DNA from: a virus
Taxonomy: Duplodnaviria; Caudoviricetes
Length of the DNA stretch: 64,000 nucleotides
Virus record (IMG/VR): IMGVR_UViG_3300028886_000028
Span: 192,001-256,000 of that record
Strand: one strand, 5' to 3'
The translations under genes were made by a program, and so were the position numbers. Below are positions 19,969-30,333 of the stretch, in pieces (positions within the stretch are counted from its first letter, which is position 1; every line of letters begins with the position of its first letter). The notes under the pieces were generated by a model, which searched no databases, had not been told where the DNA came from, and was given only the letters and a program-made list of their open reading frames with translations.

Positions 19969-21438
19969 ATGGGAAGATTTATAAGTAATTTTCAAACAAC
20001 ATCTGAATTGATAGCCTTTTCTGGCACAACAATGTTTGGCAAACCTCATGTATCATTGACAAAAGATACGTCATCAGTACATTATTTCAAAAGTGGCGTT
20101 GTTCCGCCAACTCCGCAGTATAGGTTTGTTGATGATGAAGGGTACACTTGTGAAGGATATGATAAATACACAAAGAAAAAACAGCAAGTATCATATGATA
20201 ACGGTGCAACATGGACTGATACCGGAGTTGTTTCAGCCGGTACATTAATTGAAGCAAATTCAGAAGATTGTGGATATGTTCCGCCAACGCCTACTGAAAC
20301 AAGAGTTGTATGTAAGTATAATACTAGTTCTGAAGGAGAAATTTCATTATTCTATTATTTTGAAAGCGGAAGTGGCAGCGGAAGTGGTAGTGGTTCAGGC
20401 AGTGAGCCTCCATTCACATCTATGGAAGTAGATGGCGTTGAAGTAGAGGTGACTCCTACTTACACATTTGACACAACAGGCGAGCACATTGTTAAATTTA
20501 CGCTAGCAGACCCAACAAATATTGGTACGAGTGCTTTCACTCATTGTTATAAACTTACAAGTGTAACTATGCCAGATAGTGTGACAAATATTGGTGATTA
20601 TGCTTTCTTTTGGTGTGATGGCCTTACAAGTATAGACATTCCAAGCGGCGTTACAAGTATTGGTGATTATGCTTTCTATCAATGTTATGGCCTTACAAGT
20701 TGTACAATAGGTAGCGGTGTTACAAGTATTGGTGAGAATGCTTTCTATTATTGTACTGGTCTTACAAGTATAGTTATTCCTGATAACGTAACAACTATAA
20801 GTGAGAATGCTTTCTATGAATGTCATAGTCTTACAAGTTGTACAATAGGTAGTGGCGTTACAAGTATTGGTGGTGAAGCTTTCAGAGATTGTAGTGGCCT
20901 TACAAGTATAGTTATACCTGATAGTGTTATAAGTATAGGCAATAGTGCTTTCGGATGGTGTAGTAGCATTAGTAGTTGTACAATAGGTAGTGGCGTTACA
21001 AGTATTGGTTATGACGCTTTCATTGCTTGTAGCGGCCTTACAAGTATAAACATACCTGATAGTGTGACAATTATTGATAGTAACACTTTCAACGGTTGTA
21101 GAAGTGTTACAAGTTGTACAATAGGTAGTGGCGTTACAAATATTGGTACTTATGCTTTCGCTGATTGTAGAAGCCTTACAAGTATAACATCAAATGCTGT
21201 AACTGCACCTGAAATACAAATTAACACATTCCAAGGAATTGCAGAAAATGGTACATTATATGTTCCAGAAGATAGTACTAGTTATGATACCAATTGGTTG
21301 TCAAGTGAAGAATACTATTTAGGATATTACAGTTGGAATATAGAACATACACAGCCAAGTGGCTCAGGTAGCGGCTCAGGCAGTGGCTCAGATAGTGGTA
21401 CAGACAGTGGCTCAGGCAGTGGTTCTGGAAATGGTTAA
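19969..21438 (+). CDS. BspA-type LRR adhesin (10 x 23-aa units) with Ser-Gly tracts
   Basis: VTSIGxxAFxxCxxLTS units; N-terminal ~200 aa nearly identical to 23120 gene. Confidence 0.9.
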   Translation: MGRFISNFQTTSELIAFSGTTMFGKPHVSLTKDTSSVHYFKSGVVPPTPQYRFVDDEGYTCEGYDKYTKKKQQVSYDNGATWTDTGVVSAGTLIEANSEDCGYVPPTPTETRVVCKYNTSSEGEISLFYYFESGSGSGSGSGSGSEPPFTSMEVDGVEVEVTPTYTFDTTGEHIVKFTLADPTNIGTSAFTHCYKLTSVTMPDSVTNIGDYAFFWCDGLTSIDIPSGVTSIGDYAFYQCYGLTSCTIGSGVTSIGENAFYYCTGLTSIVIPDNVTTISENAFYECHSLTSCTIGSGVTSIGGEAFRDCSGLTSIVIPDSVISIGNSAFGWCSSISSCTIGSGVTSIGYDAFIACSGLTSINIPDSVTIIDSNTFNGCRSVTSCTIGSGVTNIGTYAFADCRSLTSITSNAVTAPEIQINTFQGIAENGTLYVPEDSTSYDTNWLSSEEYYLGYYSWNIEHTQPSGSGSGSGSGSDSGTDSGSGSGSGNG

Positions 21439-21454
21439 GAATAATAAATCTATA

Positions 21455-21488
21455 AAAAGGGGTAATCAGTTAAGATTACTCTTTTTTT
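21455..21488 (+). terminator. Intrinsic terminator
   Basis: AAAAGGGGTAATC/GATTACTCTTTT stem plus Ts. Confidence 0.7.
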
Positions 21489-21515
21489 ATTTGTTAATAC
21501 TTTTATTTTTTGTAT

Positions 21516-23066
21516 ATGAATAATAAATTTTGCATATTAACAGTTATAAAAAATGAACATGAATACCTAGATGAGTGGATAAAATATCACCTTGATTTAG
21601 GTATTAATCATATATTCATATTTGAGGATATTGACAGTGATTCGCATAAGGAAATATGTGAAAAATATGGCGATAAAATAACATTAAATAATATTGATGT
21701 GGTTCTAGATGAACAAAATAAGAAAAAAATAAGGGAACTGAAATTATCTAAAATAAAGAATCCTCAAGAAATATATTTTCCAAAGGCTTTAACGTGGATA
21801 CAGAAAAACTATAATTATAATTGGTGTTTTGTCATAGATTGTGATGAATTTATAACACTAAAAGATAAAACACTTGAAGATATATTAGAATTATATAAAG
21901 ATTATGATGCTTTTGTTTTGCAATGGAAAATATATGGAGCAAACGGTCATATAAACAAACAAGATTATTCTGATAAAGGATTAGTGGGAATATATACAAA
22001 AGAATCTCATTATCCTGGACACCATGTATTAGAATGGACAACTAAGACTTGTTATAATGTTAAAGCGTTCAAAGAATCATATTTGAAATGTTGCCATCAG
22101 CCTACAGATGAATGTAAGTGGTGTAAAACAGACTATTCAAATGATAGAAAAAAATTAGTATTTGATAACGTTTATCTAAGGCATTATATGACAAAATCTT
22201 GGGAAGAATACATTTCCAAAAGAAAGAGGGGATATTTTATGGGATTCGCAAGAACAAGTGATTTTTTCTTTAAAGTAAATCCAGATATGCTTTCTATGAG
22301 GGGTGAATTATTAAATCAAATTAAAAGTGAAACTTTAGTTGTATTACCATATAAACAAAGTAGTTCTCAAGGTAATGAGATTAGATTAAGTTTAAATGGA
22401 TGGAGAAAGTTCTGTAAATTCGAATATCATTTCATTGTTATTGGAGAATTTGATGAAAAATTAAAAAAAGACTTTCCTTGGGTTGAATTCATACATTGTC
22501 CAAGTAAAGAAAAGAAAAATGGACAGTATAATCCACATCTTGATATTCAGAATAAGTTTAAGATAATATCAAGAATGTATTCTCAAATGTATGATGGCTT
22601 TATTTACATAACTGATGACGAATATGCAGTAAAACCATTTGATTTGAGTGATATTAAAGCCACGTATTATCATTCATCAAGTTTTACTGGGTGTGAAAAA
22701 TGCCCAACATCATTCTGGAGGTATGATAAATGGAAAACAAGGCAATTATTGGATAAATACAATTTGCCGCATATAAATTACACAACGCATTATCCTTGTT
22801 ACTTTGAATTTAAAAAATTTGATGAAATACGTAAAAAGTTCAATATGCTTGAAGAAAGCTATGTGTTTGATGATGTGTATTTCAACTATTTCAAGCATGA
22901 AGAACCAATATTGGACAGTGAAATAAGACTAGGTATATGGAGCAATGACATATTCAAGAATGATTTCAAGAAAGCAGTTGAAAATCCAAATATTAAATTT
23001 ATGTGCAATAGTGTTGAAGGATGGAGCAAGGAATTAGAAAAAGATTTGGAAATTATAGTAAATTAA
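21516..23066 (+). CDS. Two-domain glycosyltransferase (GT2_4/GT92-like N-domain plus second GT-A-like domain)
   Basis: IKNEHEYLDEWIKYHLDLGINHIFIF, FVIDCDEFI, LRHYMTKSWEEY; second domain FIYITDDEY; ATG 21516 preferred to TTG 21510. Confidence 0.75.
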   Translation: MNNKFCILTVIKNEHEYLDEWIKYHLDLGINHIFIFEDIDSDSHKEICEKYGDKITLNNIDVVLDEQNKKKIRELKLSKIKNPQEIYFPKALTWIQKNYNYNWCFVIDCDEFITLKDKTLEDILELYKDYDAFVLQWKIYGANGHINKQDYSDKGLVGIYTKESHYPGHHVLEWTTKTCYNVKAFKESYLKCCHQPTDECKWCKTDYSNDRKKLVFDNVYLRHYMTKSWEEYISKRKRGYFMGFARTSDFFFKVNPDMLSMRGELLNQIKSETLVVLPYKQSSSQGNEIRLSLNGWRKFCKFEYHFIVIGEFDEKLKKDFPWVEFIHCPSKEKKNGQYNPHLDIQNKFKIISRMYSQMYDGFIYITDDEYAVKPFDLSDIKATYYHSSSFTGCEKCPTSFWRYDKWKTRQLLDKYNLPHINYTTHYPCYFEFKKFDEIRKKFNMLEESYVFDDVYFNYFKHEEPILDSEIRLGIWSNDIFKNDFKKAVENPNIKFMCNSVEGWSKELEKDLEIIVN

Positions 23067-23068
23067 AG

Positions 23069-23077
23069 ATATTTATA
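23069..23077 (+). promoter_or_regulatory. Putative late promoter ATATTTATA
   Basis: Recurrent motif immediately after upstream stop, 42 nt before ATG 23120. Confidence 0.6.
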
Positions 23078-23119
23078 TAATAGAAAAATAACAAAAAAAT
23101 TAAAAATTGTTTAATAATA

Positions 23120-24931
23120 ATGGGAAGATTTATAAGTAATTTCCAGACTACAGCAGAATTAATGGCTTTTTCTGGAACAACAGAATTTGGCAAGCCTCAT
23201 GTATCATTGACAAAAGATACATCGTTTGTATATTATTTTGCAAGTGGTGTTGTTCCACCAACTCCACAGTATAGGTTTGTGGATGACGGATACACTTGTA
23301 ATGGATTTGATAAATACACACAAATAAAGCAACAAGTGTCATATGATAATGGTGCAACATGGACTGATACGGGAATTGTTTCAGCTGGTACATTAATTGA
23401 AGCAAATTCAGAAGATTGTGGATATGTTCCGCCAACGCCTACTGAAACAAGAGTTGTATGTAAGTATAATACTAGTTCTTATGGACAAACTACTAAATTA
23501 TTCCATTTCGAAGGTGGAAGTGGTAGCGGTAGCGGAAGCGGTAGTGGTTCAGGTAGTGGAACCGGCGGTGATTTACCATTCAGTTCAATGGAAGTAGATG
23601 GCGTTGAAGTAGAGGTGGATTCTAATTACACATTCGACACAGCTGGTGAACACATAGTTAAATTTACATTAGTTGACCCAACAAATATTGGTACGAGTGC
23701 TTTCACTTATTGTTATAATCTTACAAGTGTAATTATACCAGATAGTGTGGCAAATATTGGTGATTATGCTTTCTATAGTTGCGACAGTATTACAAGTATA
23801 GTTATACCTGATAGTGTAACAAGTATTAGTAGTTATGCTTTCGCTGATTGTGGAAGCCTTAATAGCATATCCATACCTAATAGTGTAACAAGTATTGGTG
23901 AAAGTGCTTTCGCTGATTGCCATTGCCTTACAAGTGTAACAATTCCAAGTGGCGTTACAAGTATTGGTGATGTGGTTTTCAGCAATTGTAGAAGTCTTAC
24001 AAGTATAACTATACCAGATAGTGTTACAAGTATTGGCGATTATGCTTTCTATGATTGTAGAGGCCTTACAAGTATAGTTATACCTGATAGTGTAACAACG
24101 ATTGGTTATGAGGCTTTCTATGAATGTAATAGCCTTTCAAGTTGTACCATTGGAAGTGGTGTTACAAGTATTGGCAATGGTGCTTTCATGTTTTGTAGTG
24201 GACTTACAAGCATAGTTATACCTGATAGTGTTACAAGTATTGGCGATTATGTTTTCGAAGAATGTACAAGGCTTACAAGTTGTACCATAGGTAGCGGTGT
24301 AACAAGTATTGGTGAAAGCGCTTTTAAAATATGTACTAGTTTTACAAGTATAGATATACCTGATAGTGTTACAAGTATTGGTTATAATGCTTTCTATTAT
24401 TGTAGTGGCCTTACAAGTTGCACAATAGGTGATAGTGTTACAAGTATTGGTGATTATGCTTTCTATAAATGTAGTTGCCTTACAAGTATAGTTATACCTG
24501 ATAGTGTTACAAGTATTGGGGGACGTGCTTTCGCTGATTGTCACGGCCTTAGTAGTTGTACAATAGGTAGTGGGGTCACAAGTATTGGGGACGAAGGTTT
24601 CGGTAGGTGTACTAGCCTTACAAATATAGTTATACCTGATAGTGTAACAAGTATTGGTAATAGTGTTTTCAATTGTTGTAGTGGCCTTACAAGTTGTACA
24701 ATAGGTAGTGGCGTAACAAATATTGGCATTTACGTTTTTAGTGGCTGTTATAGTCTTAGTAGCATAGCATGCAATGCAATGACAGCACCTGCAATACAAA
24801 GTACCACATTCAATAACGTTAAAACTAATGGAACATTATACGTTCCGGCAAATAGTGTTGGCTATGATGTATGGATGCAGAGCGCCAATTATTATTTAGG
24901 ATTATATAATTGGGCAAAAGTTGAACAATAA
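23120..24931 (+). CDS. BspA-type LRR adhesin (16 x 23-aa units)
   Basis: Paralogue of 19969; C-cap TAPAI...GTLYVP...W. Confidence 0.9.
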   Translation: MGRFISNFQTTAELMAFSGTTEFGKPHVSLTKDTSFVYYFASGVVPPTPQYRFVDDGYTCNGFDKYTQIKQQVSYDNGATWTDTGIVSAGTLIEANSEDCGYVPPTPTETRVVCKYNTSSYGQTTKLFHFEGGSGSGSGSGSGSGSGTGGDLPFSSMEVDGVEVEVDSNYTFDTAGEHIVKFTLVDPTNIGTSAFTYCYNLTSVIIPDSVANIGDYAFYSCDSITSIVIPDSVTSISSYAFADCGSLNSISIPNSVTSIGESAFADCHCLTSVTIPSGVTSIGDVVFSNCRSLTSITIPDSVTSIGDYAFYDCRGLTSIVIPDSVTTIGYEAFYECNSLSSCTIGSGVTSIGNGAFMFCSGLTSIVIPDSVTSIGDYVFEECTRLTSCTIGSGVTSIGESAFKICTSFTSIDIPDSVTSIGYNAFYYCSGLTSCTIGDSVTSIGDYAFYKCSCLTSIVIPDSVTSIGGRAFADCHGLSSCTIGSGVTSIGDEGFGRCTSLTNIVIPDSVTSIGNSVFNCCSGLTSCTIGSGVTNIGIYVFSGCYSLSSIACNAMTAPAIQSTTFNNVKTNGTLYVPANSVGYDVWMQSANYYLGLYNWAKVEQ

Positions 24932-24959
24932 ATAAGCAATAAGAATTAAGAAAAAAATT

Positions 24960-26165
24960 ATGGCAAAATATTTAAGATTATTTGATGAACATACTGATTA
25001 TGAAGCAGCTGAGAGTAGCTTAGTATTACCGAACGTATCATTTTGTCTTGATACGCCTAATGATGTACATTATAAACCATATACTCCTCCAGCGTTAGTT
25101 GTTAAGTTTGATGTAACAGATACAAGTAGCCCAACAACAATTGCGAACAAAACAAGCGGATTTAATTCAATTGAGATAGATGGCGTTGTTCAACCATCAG
25201 TTGTTACTGAATATACATTTCCCACCACAGGCGAGCATACAGTTAAATATACATTAACAGACGAAACTATTATTGGAAATAGTGCTTTTACTGAATGCTA
25301 TAAAATTACAAGTATAGTTATACCTGATAGCGTAAAAACTATTGGCTACTATGCTTTTAGTAGTTGTAGCAGACTTACAAGTTGTACAATAGGAAGTGGA
25401 GTTACAAATATTGGTACTTGTGCTTTCAATCAATGTAGAAATCTTACAAGTATAGATATTCCTGATAGTATTACAAGTATTGGTACTTATGCTTTCCAAT
25501 ATTGTAGAAGTCTTACAAGTGTAAATATAGGTAGTGGAGTTATAAATATTGGCAATTTTGCTTTCGCTAATTGTAGCGGCCTTACAAGTATAGTTATCCC
25601 TGATAATGTAACAAGTATTGGAAGTGGCATGTGTAGCGGTTGTACAAACCTAACAAGTTGTACTATAGGTAGTGGTGTTACAAGTATTGGCAAAAGTGCT
25701 TTCAGAAATTGTAGTGGCATTACAAGTATAGTTATCCCTGATAGTGTTACAAGTATTGGAAATAACACTTTTACTTCTTGCTATAGCCTTACAAGTTGTA
25801 CAATAGGTAGTGGCGTTACAAGTATTAATAGCCAAACATTTGCTTATTGCAGTGGCCTTACAAGTATAAATATACCTGATAGCGTAACAAGAATTGAGAT
25901 ACAAGCTTTCGATGATTGTGATGCCCTTGCAAGCGTTACGATAGGTAGTGGCGTTACATATATTGGAGATGCATCTTTTGGGCGTTGTGATGGGCTACTT
26001 ACAATAATATCAAAAGCAACAGATGCGCCAACAATATTCAATAGCTTTTTATATGTTAGAAAAGGTGGCACATTATATGTTCCGGTAGGAAGTAGAGATA
26101 GTTACAATAATAAATGGGGTAGTGATTTACTAAGTAGTTACGAATGGACGTTAGAAGAACAATAA
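24960..26165 (+). CDS. BspA-type LRR adhesin (11 x 23-aa units)
   Basis: N-terminal KYLRLF...PNVS...VHY; YTF.TTGEH.VK.TL domain shared with both paralogues. Confidence 0.9.
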   Translation: MAKYLRLFDEHTDYEAAESSLVLPNVSFCLDTPNDVHYKPYTPPALVVKFDVTDTSSPTTIANKTSGFNSIEIDGVVQPSVVTEYTFPTTGEHTVKYTLTDETIIGNSAFTECYKITSIVIPDSVKTIGYYAFSSCSRLTSCTIGSGVTNIGTCAFNQCRNLTSIDIPDSITSIGTYAFQYCRSLTSVNIGSGVINIGNFAFANCSGLTSIVIPDNVTSIGSGMCSGCTNLTSCTIGSGVTSIGKSAFRNCSGITSIVIPDSVTSIGNNTFTSCYSLTSCTIGSGVTSINSQTFAYCSGLTSINIPDSVTRIEIQAFDDCDALASVTIGSGVTYIGDASFGRCDGLLTIISKATDAPTIFNSFLYVRKGGTLYVPVGSRDSYNNKWGSDLLSSYEWTLEEQ

Positions 26166-26194
26166 CAGTAAACTATTTTAAAACTAAATTATGT

Positions 26195-26228
26195 AAAAAG
26201 TTTCAGACGCAATATCTGAAACTTTTTT
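26195..26228. terminator. Intrinsic terminator closing the adhesin module
   Basis: AAAAAGTTTCAGA/TCTGAAACTTTTT. Confidence 0.8.
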
Positions 26229-26282
26229 GTTTTCTATTGATATACGTTTTTATTTTATTATTTTTTATAAAAAAAACAAAAA

Positions 26283-26978
26283 ATGGAAAATAGTATTGCA
26301 GTAGTAGTTTGTTCAAGGGACAACAATGAAATTAAAAAGAGAGTTGTAGAGCATATTAAAGACACTTGTGAATGTAATGCCCATACATATTATATGTATA
26401 ACCCTGAAGGTGTTGGTTTGTCTGAAATATATAATTCAATGCTTTCTCCGGAAAAAACTGAATATGATATTATTGTTTATATTCATGACGATATTGAATT
26501 TTTAAGAAAAGGTTGGGGAAGGGAAATATTACGATTATTTAATGAACATGAAGATTATGGAATTATAGGTGTAGCCGGTTCAGCACAATTTGATTCAAAT
26601 GGCGCATGGTGGCAATATGAAAAGAAATATGGTCAAGTTCTTCATAGGCATGATGGAAAATCATGGCTAACATCATTTTCTCCATTGTTGGATAAAGACT
26701 TACAGGAAGTGTGCGTTATTGATGGTTTATTTATGGCTGTTCATAGGAAAAGAATAAGTAAAGAGTTTGATGTAAACTGTAAGTTTGATTATTATGACAT
26801 TTCTTTTTGTTTAGACAATTATTTAGATGGTAAGACTAAAATAGGTGTAACTACCAATATTAGACTTGCCCATAATTCTATTGGCCAAATGAGAGAAGAT
26901 TGGTATACTACCAGAGAATATATAAATAAGAAATATGAAAATGTATTTCCAATTGATATTACGAAAAAGAAAAAATAA
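26283..26978 (+). CDS. Glycosyltransferase family 2-like (Glyco_tranf_2_5 type)
   Basis: GLSEIYN, IVYIHDDIEF, GIIGVAG, VIDGLFMA, FDYYDISFC. Confidence 0.75.
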   Translation: MENSIAVVVCSRDNNEIKKRVVEHIKDTCECNAHTYYMYNPEGVGLSEIYNSMLSPEKTEYDIIVYIHDDIEFLRKGWGREILRLFNEHEDYGIIGVAGSAQFDSNGAWWQYEKKYGQVLHRHDGKSWLTSFSPLLDKDLQEVCVIDGLFMAVHRKRISKEFDVNCKFDYYDISFCLDNYLDGKTKIGVTTNIRLAHNSIGQMREDWYTTREYINKKYENVFPIDITKKKK

Positions 26979-26981
26979 AAT

Positions 26982-27236
26982 ATGAATGATAAATTAAAAA
27001 AATATTTAAGTAATAAATCTCTTGAAAATTTAGCGTCTTTAAGGGGTTTAGTTTCTTCAATATGTAATGATTATGACAAAAATCTTACAACATATGCAAC
27101 AATAAATGATGATAAATCTTTTTTAAAAATGCCTCAAGATGTTAAAGAAATGCATGAGAGAAGGACAAAATTGTTTAGTTTGCTTATGAGTATAAATGCA
27201 ATGATTGAAGATAAATTATTTAATCTATATGAATAG
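26982..27236 (+). CDS. Hypothetical protein
   Basis: 84-aa ORF tightly packed in operon. Confidence 0.6.
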   Translation: MNDKLKKYLSNKSLENLASLRGLVSSICNDYDKNLTTYATINDDKSFLKMPQDVKEMHERRTKLFSLLMSINAMIEDKLFNLYE

Positions 27237-28218
27237 TTTTTTTAAAAAAGTAAAAGATTTTCTATATGCATTGCCATTTGGTTTAAAGGGTGCTGATACT
27301 GAAATAATGGGTTCTAATATATCAGGTGATGGAAACGATACTTCTATTAATCAACAGGTTAATGATAATAGAGTAGCGAAGCATTTATTAAAAGGCGAAA
27401 TAACCAAAGAAGTATCAGAATTAAGATATAGGACTTACAAAGTTGCAAGAGAAACTGACAATTATGAATATATAGGCAATGGTATAGCAACAAAAAAGGA
27501 AGAAAAAGAAAAAAACGATGTGATTAAGTTTTCTCAGGAAAATAAATTAATTTGTAATGATATTTTAACTGAATTAAACCATGTGGGTTCATATGGAGTT
27601 GAAAAATATACAGTTAATATAAATTATATTTCCCCGGTAAGATTTAAATTACAGGAGTTTTTAACATTTGTTGATGTTGTTATAGAAAAAGGAAAAGATG
27701 CAATAACGACGTTACGTTTTAATGATATTAGAAATCCTCAAGCATTTAAATCAAAGCCATTTATAACTGAACTTGAAAAATTGGAGCAGTTATTTATTAA
27801 TAACGATTCTTATGGCTTAAGCAGAAATGATTTTGCTGAATCCATATTATGTATGAATTTCACCACTTTTAAGGCTACTGATAGGCAACCGGATGTTGTT
27901 TCATATTCTTTTACATCCCCTAAATTGATTGATGTTAAACATGAAGATGGAGAATATAAATTAGTTTATAAATGGGACAGTTATAATCGTATAGACCTTA
28001 CTGATAAATTTTATGATGAAGAGCTTGAAAAAAAGTATGTAAATAAAGAAAGAAAATCCTTTTCCCCTGATGCCACAATAGAAGAAACAAAGCACAAGTG
28101 CAGCAAATGTGGTAAGGAAATAATTGCATATAAAGATGGATTTATTATAGATAAAGATTCAGGAGAGCCGGTTTGTATGGATTGTTATAGTAAATATTTA
28201 CTTAGTTTATCTAAATAA
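27229..28218 (+). CDS. Hypothetical protein with C-terminal zinc ribbon
   Basis: CSKC...CMDC; ATG 27229 overlaps upstream stop. Confidence 0.6.
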   Translation: MNSFFKKVKDFLYALPFGLKGADTEIMGSNISGDGNDTSINQQVNDNRVAKHLLKGEITKEVSELRYRTYKVARETDNYEYIGNGIATKKEEKEKNDVIKFSQENKLICNDILTELNHVGSYGVEKYTVNINYISPVRFKLQEFLTFVDVVIEKGKDAITTLRFNDIRNPQAFKSKPFITELEKLEQLFINNDSYGLSRNDFAESILCMNFTTFKATDRQPDVVSYSFTSPKLIDVKHEDGEYKLVYKWDSYNRIDLTDKFYDEELEKKYVNKERKSFSPDATIEETKHKCSKCGKEIIAYKDGFIIDKDSGEPVCMDCYSKYLLSLSK

Positions 28219-28245
28219 TATTTTTTATAAAATTAACATAAACAT

Positions 28246-28890
28246 ATGATTAAAATTGGTATAGAATTAAACCACGTAGTAAGAAATGTAAATAAACAAA
28301 TTCTTAAATATTATCAAAAAGATATAGACCCATCAATAGATTTAGATGAGATTGATGAAAAAGATGATGTTTTTAAATATGCTAAATTTGAAAGTTTAAC
28401 TGATAAAAACGAATTTATATATATTGATTATCCTTATGAGATATTTGGCGCAGCCAAGCCTATGGAAAAAAATTTACCTGCTGAAATAAATAATTGGCTA
28501 TCCGAGTTAACAAATTATGAAGATGATTATGTAGAGGTGTCGTTTTTTAGTCTTGATGAAGAAGCATTAACTATTCAATCAACTTATTTCTTTTTAAGTA
28601 AGATAGGTACAAGAGTAAGGAAAATCGTATTCCCAAAGCAAATAAATGAAATGGTAGGAGAATATGATGTTATAGTAACCGGTAATAAGCAAGTTATTTC
28701 TTATTTTTCAAAAGATGATGGGGTATATACAGTATATGTACCAAATGGTTCTGAAGGAGTATTGTGTAAGCACGATAAAGAATATGATTCTTTGAACGAT
28801 TTGATTAAAGATGAAAACTTTTTAAAAAATGTTCAAGAATTTGTTAATAATAAAAACAATAAAGAATTTACAGATGGCGAATCAAATTAA
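28246..28890 (+). CDS. HAD/5'(3')-deoxyribonucleotidase-like protein, degenerate motif I
   Basis: MIKIGIELNHVVRN resembles IGIDLDGVLRD but lacks DxD. Confidence 0.45.
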   Translation: MIKIGIELNHVVRNVNKQILKYYQKDIDPSIDLDEIDEKDDVFKYAKFESLTDKNEFIYIDYPYEIFGAAKPMEKNLPAEINNWLSELTNYEDDYVEVSFFSLDEEALTIQSTYFFLSKIGTRVRKIVFPKQINEMVGEYDVIVTGNKQVISYFSKDDGVYTVYVPNGSEGVLCKHDKEYDSLNDLIKDENFLKNVQEFVNNKNNKEFTDGESN

Positions 28891-29209
28891 TTCGGATTTA
28901 ATTTATGACCTTGATGGTATTAAAAATTTTATTTTTGGTGATGATGATGGTAGAAGTAGTGATGTTGAAATAACTGAGACTCAAACCAGAAATGAAAATG
29001 GTAAGTTAGAGACAGAAACAAGAGTTACAAGAGAAGTTAAAAGTACTGACAGTAATAAACAAACTATAAGATATGATATGATTAAAATGTTTATGGATGT
29101 ACTTGATAATGTTGAAATAGACCAAGAAATAGCCCCTTTATCACTAGGCCAAAAAATGGTTTTAAATACAATGGGTAGTTATGGATTAATTAAGCAAATT
29201 GAGCAATAA
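28874..29209 (+). CDS. Hypothetical protein
   Basis: In-frame ATG 28874 (MANQINSD) preferred. Confidence 0.6.
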   Translation: MANQINSDLIYDLDGIKNFIFGDDDGRSSDVEITETQTRNENGKLETETRVTREVKSTDSNKQTIRYDMIKMFMDVLDNVEIDQEIAPLSLGQKMVLNTMGSYGLIKQIEQ

Positions 29210-29214
29210 TAGTT

Positions 29215-30327
29215 ATGGAAGAAAAGAAAATTAAAGCACTTGATAGAGTAAAAAGTGAAATATCAAAAATTGACAATAAAGAAAATAACATATTTTTCTT
29301 TGTTTTAGATACTAAAGGCGTACCATCTGGCTCGTTGGAATACATTTATAAGCTTGCACTTATTGCAAAGAATGATGGGTATAATGTTGGTATGTTATAC
29401 CAATTGGAAAAAAACGATGAATTTGTAGGAGTAGCTGATTGGCTTGGAGAGACTTATGCTAACATACCTCACTATAATGTTTCAAAGGATGAGGTAGAAA
29501 TAACTCCTTCTGATATTGTTTTTATTCCTGAGATTTTTTCAACTGTTATGAATCAAACAAAAAAGTTGCCATGCAAGAGAGTTGCTATTTTGCAGAATTA
29601 TGACTATTTGGTTGAACAAATGCCTTTTGCAGCACAATGGGGTGACTTTGCTATTTTGGATTGTTTAACGAATACTGAATATAATGCTGAATTGATAAAA
29701 GATATATTCCCTTATATAAAAACTAAAACAGTCACGCCTTATATTGACAAAGTGTTTGGAAATACAATTGAACCTAAGAAAATGGTTATAAATATTGTTG
29801 CAAAAGACCAGTCAGACATTAATAAAATAATTAAGCCTTTTTACTGGAAGTATCCAACATTTAAATGGGTTTCATTCCGTGATTTAAGGGGATTTTCTAA
29901 AGAAGGGTTTGCAAATGCTTTAAGGGAGGCTGCTATTACTATTTGGGTTGACACAAATACAAGTTTTGGATATAGTGCAATTGAAGCTATGAAAAGTGGT
30001 TCTATAGTTATAGCAAAGGTGCCTGATACTACACTTGAATGGATTGATGCAGACGAAAATGATGGAACTTTAAGGAATTGTTGTGTATGGTTCGATAATT
30101 TTAATTCGATGCACAGACAGATTGCTAGTGTAGTTCGTTCTTGGATAACAGATAACGTGCCTTCAGAAGTGTCAGAAGAGGCTAAAAAGGTGACAGAGAA
30201 GTATTCTGAGGAAAAAACAACTAACGAGTTCAGAGAGGCTTTAAATGCGTATTTAGAGGGCAGGAAAAAAGAATTAGAGGCGTTAATTAGAAATGTTGAA
30301 AAGGAAGATAAAGAAAATAAAAAATAA
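29215..30327 (+). CDS. GT-B (GT4-like) glycosyltransferase
   Basis: DIVFIPE; SFGYSAIEAMKSGSIVI resembles the GT4 FG...EAMxxG.PV motif. Confidence 0.65.
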   Translation: MEEKKIKALDRVKSEISKIDNKENNIFFFVLDTKGVPSGSLEYIYKLALIAKNDGYNVGMLYQLEKNDEFVGVADWLGETYANIPHYNVSKDEVEITPSDIVFIPEIFSTVMNQTKKLPCKRVAILQNYDYLVEQMPFAAQWGDFAILDCLTNTEYNAELIKDIFPYIKTKTVTPYIDKVFGNTIEPKKMVINIVAKDQSDINKIIKPFYWKYPTFKWVSFRDLRGFSKEGFANALREAAITIWVDTNTSFGYSAIEAMKSGSIVIAKVPDTTLEWIDADENDGTLRNCCVWFDNFNSMHRQIASVVRSWITDNVPSEVSEEAKKVTEKYSEEKTTNEFREALNAYLEGRKKELEALIRNVEKEDKENKK

Positions 30328-30333
30328 TAGGCT

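Noticed and set aside
20500-26000. Regular 69-bp periodicity resembling a CRISPR array
   Set aside because: It lies in frame in LRR genes, is a multiple of three, has no unique spacers of CRISPR type, and no cas genes are nearby.
19969-26165. Diversity-generating retroelement acting on the LRRs
   Set aside because: No reverse transcriptase or non-coding template repeat in the window, and variation is not visibly adenine-restricted. A remote DGR cannot be excluded.
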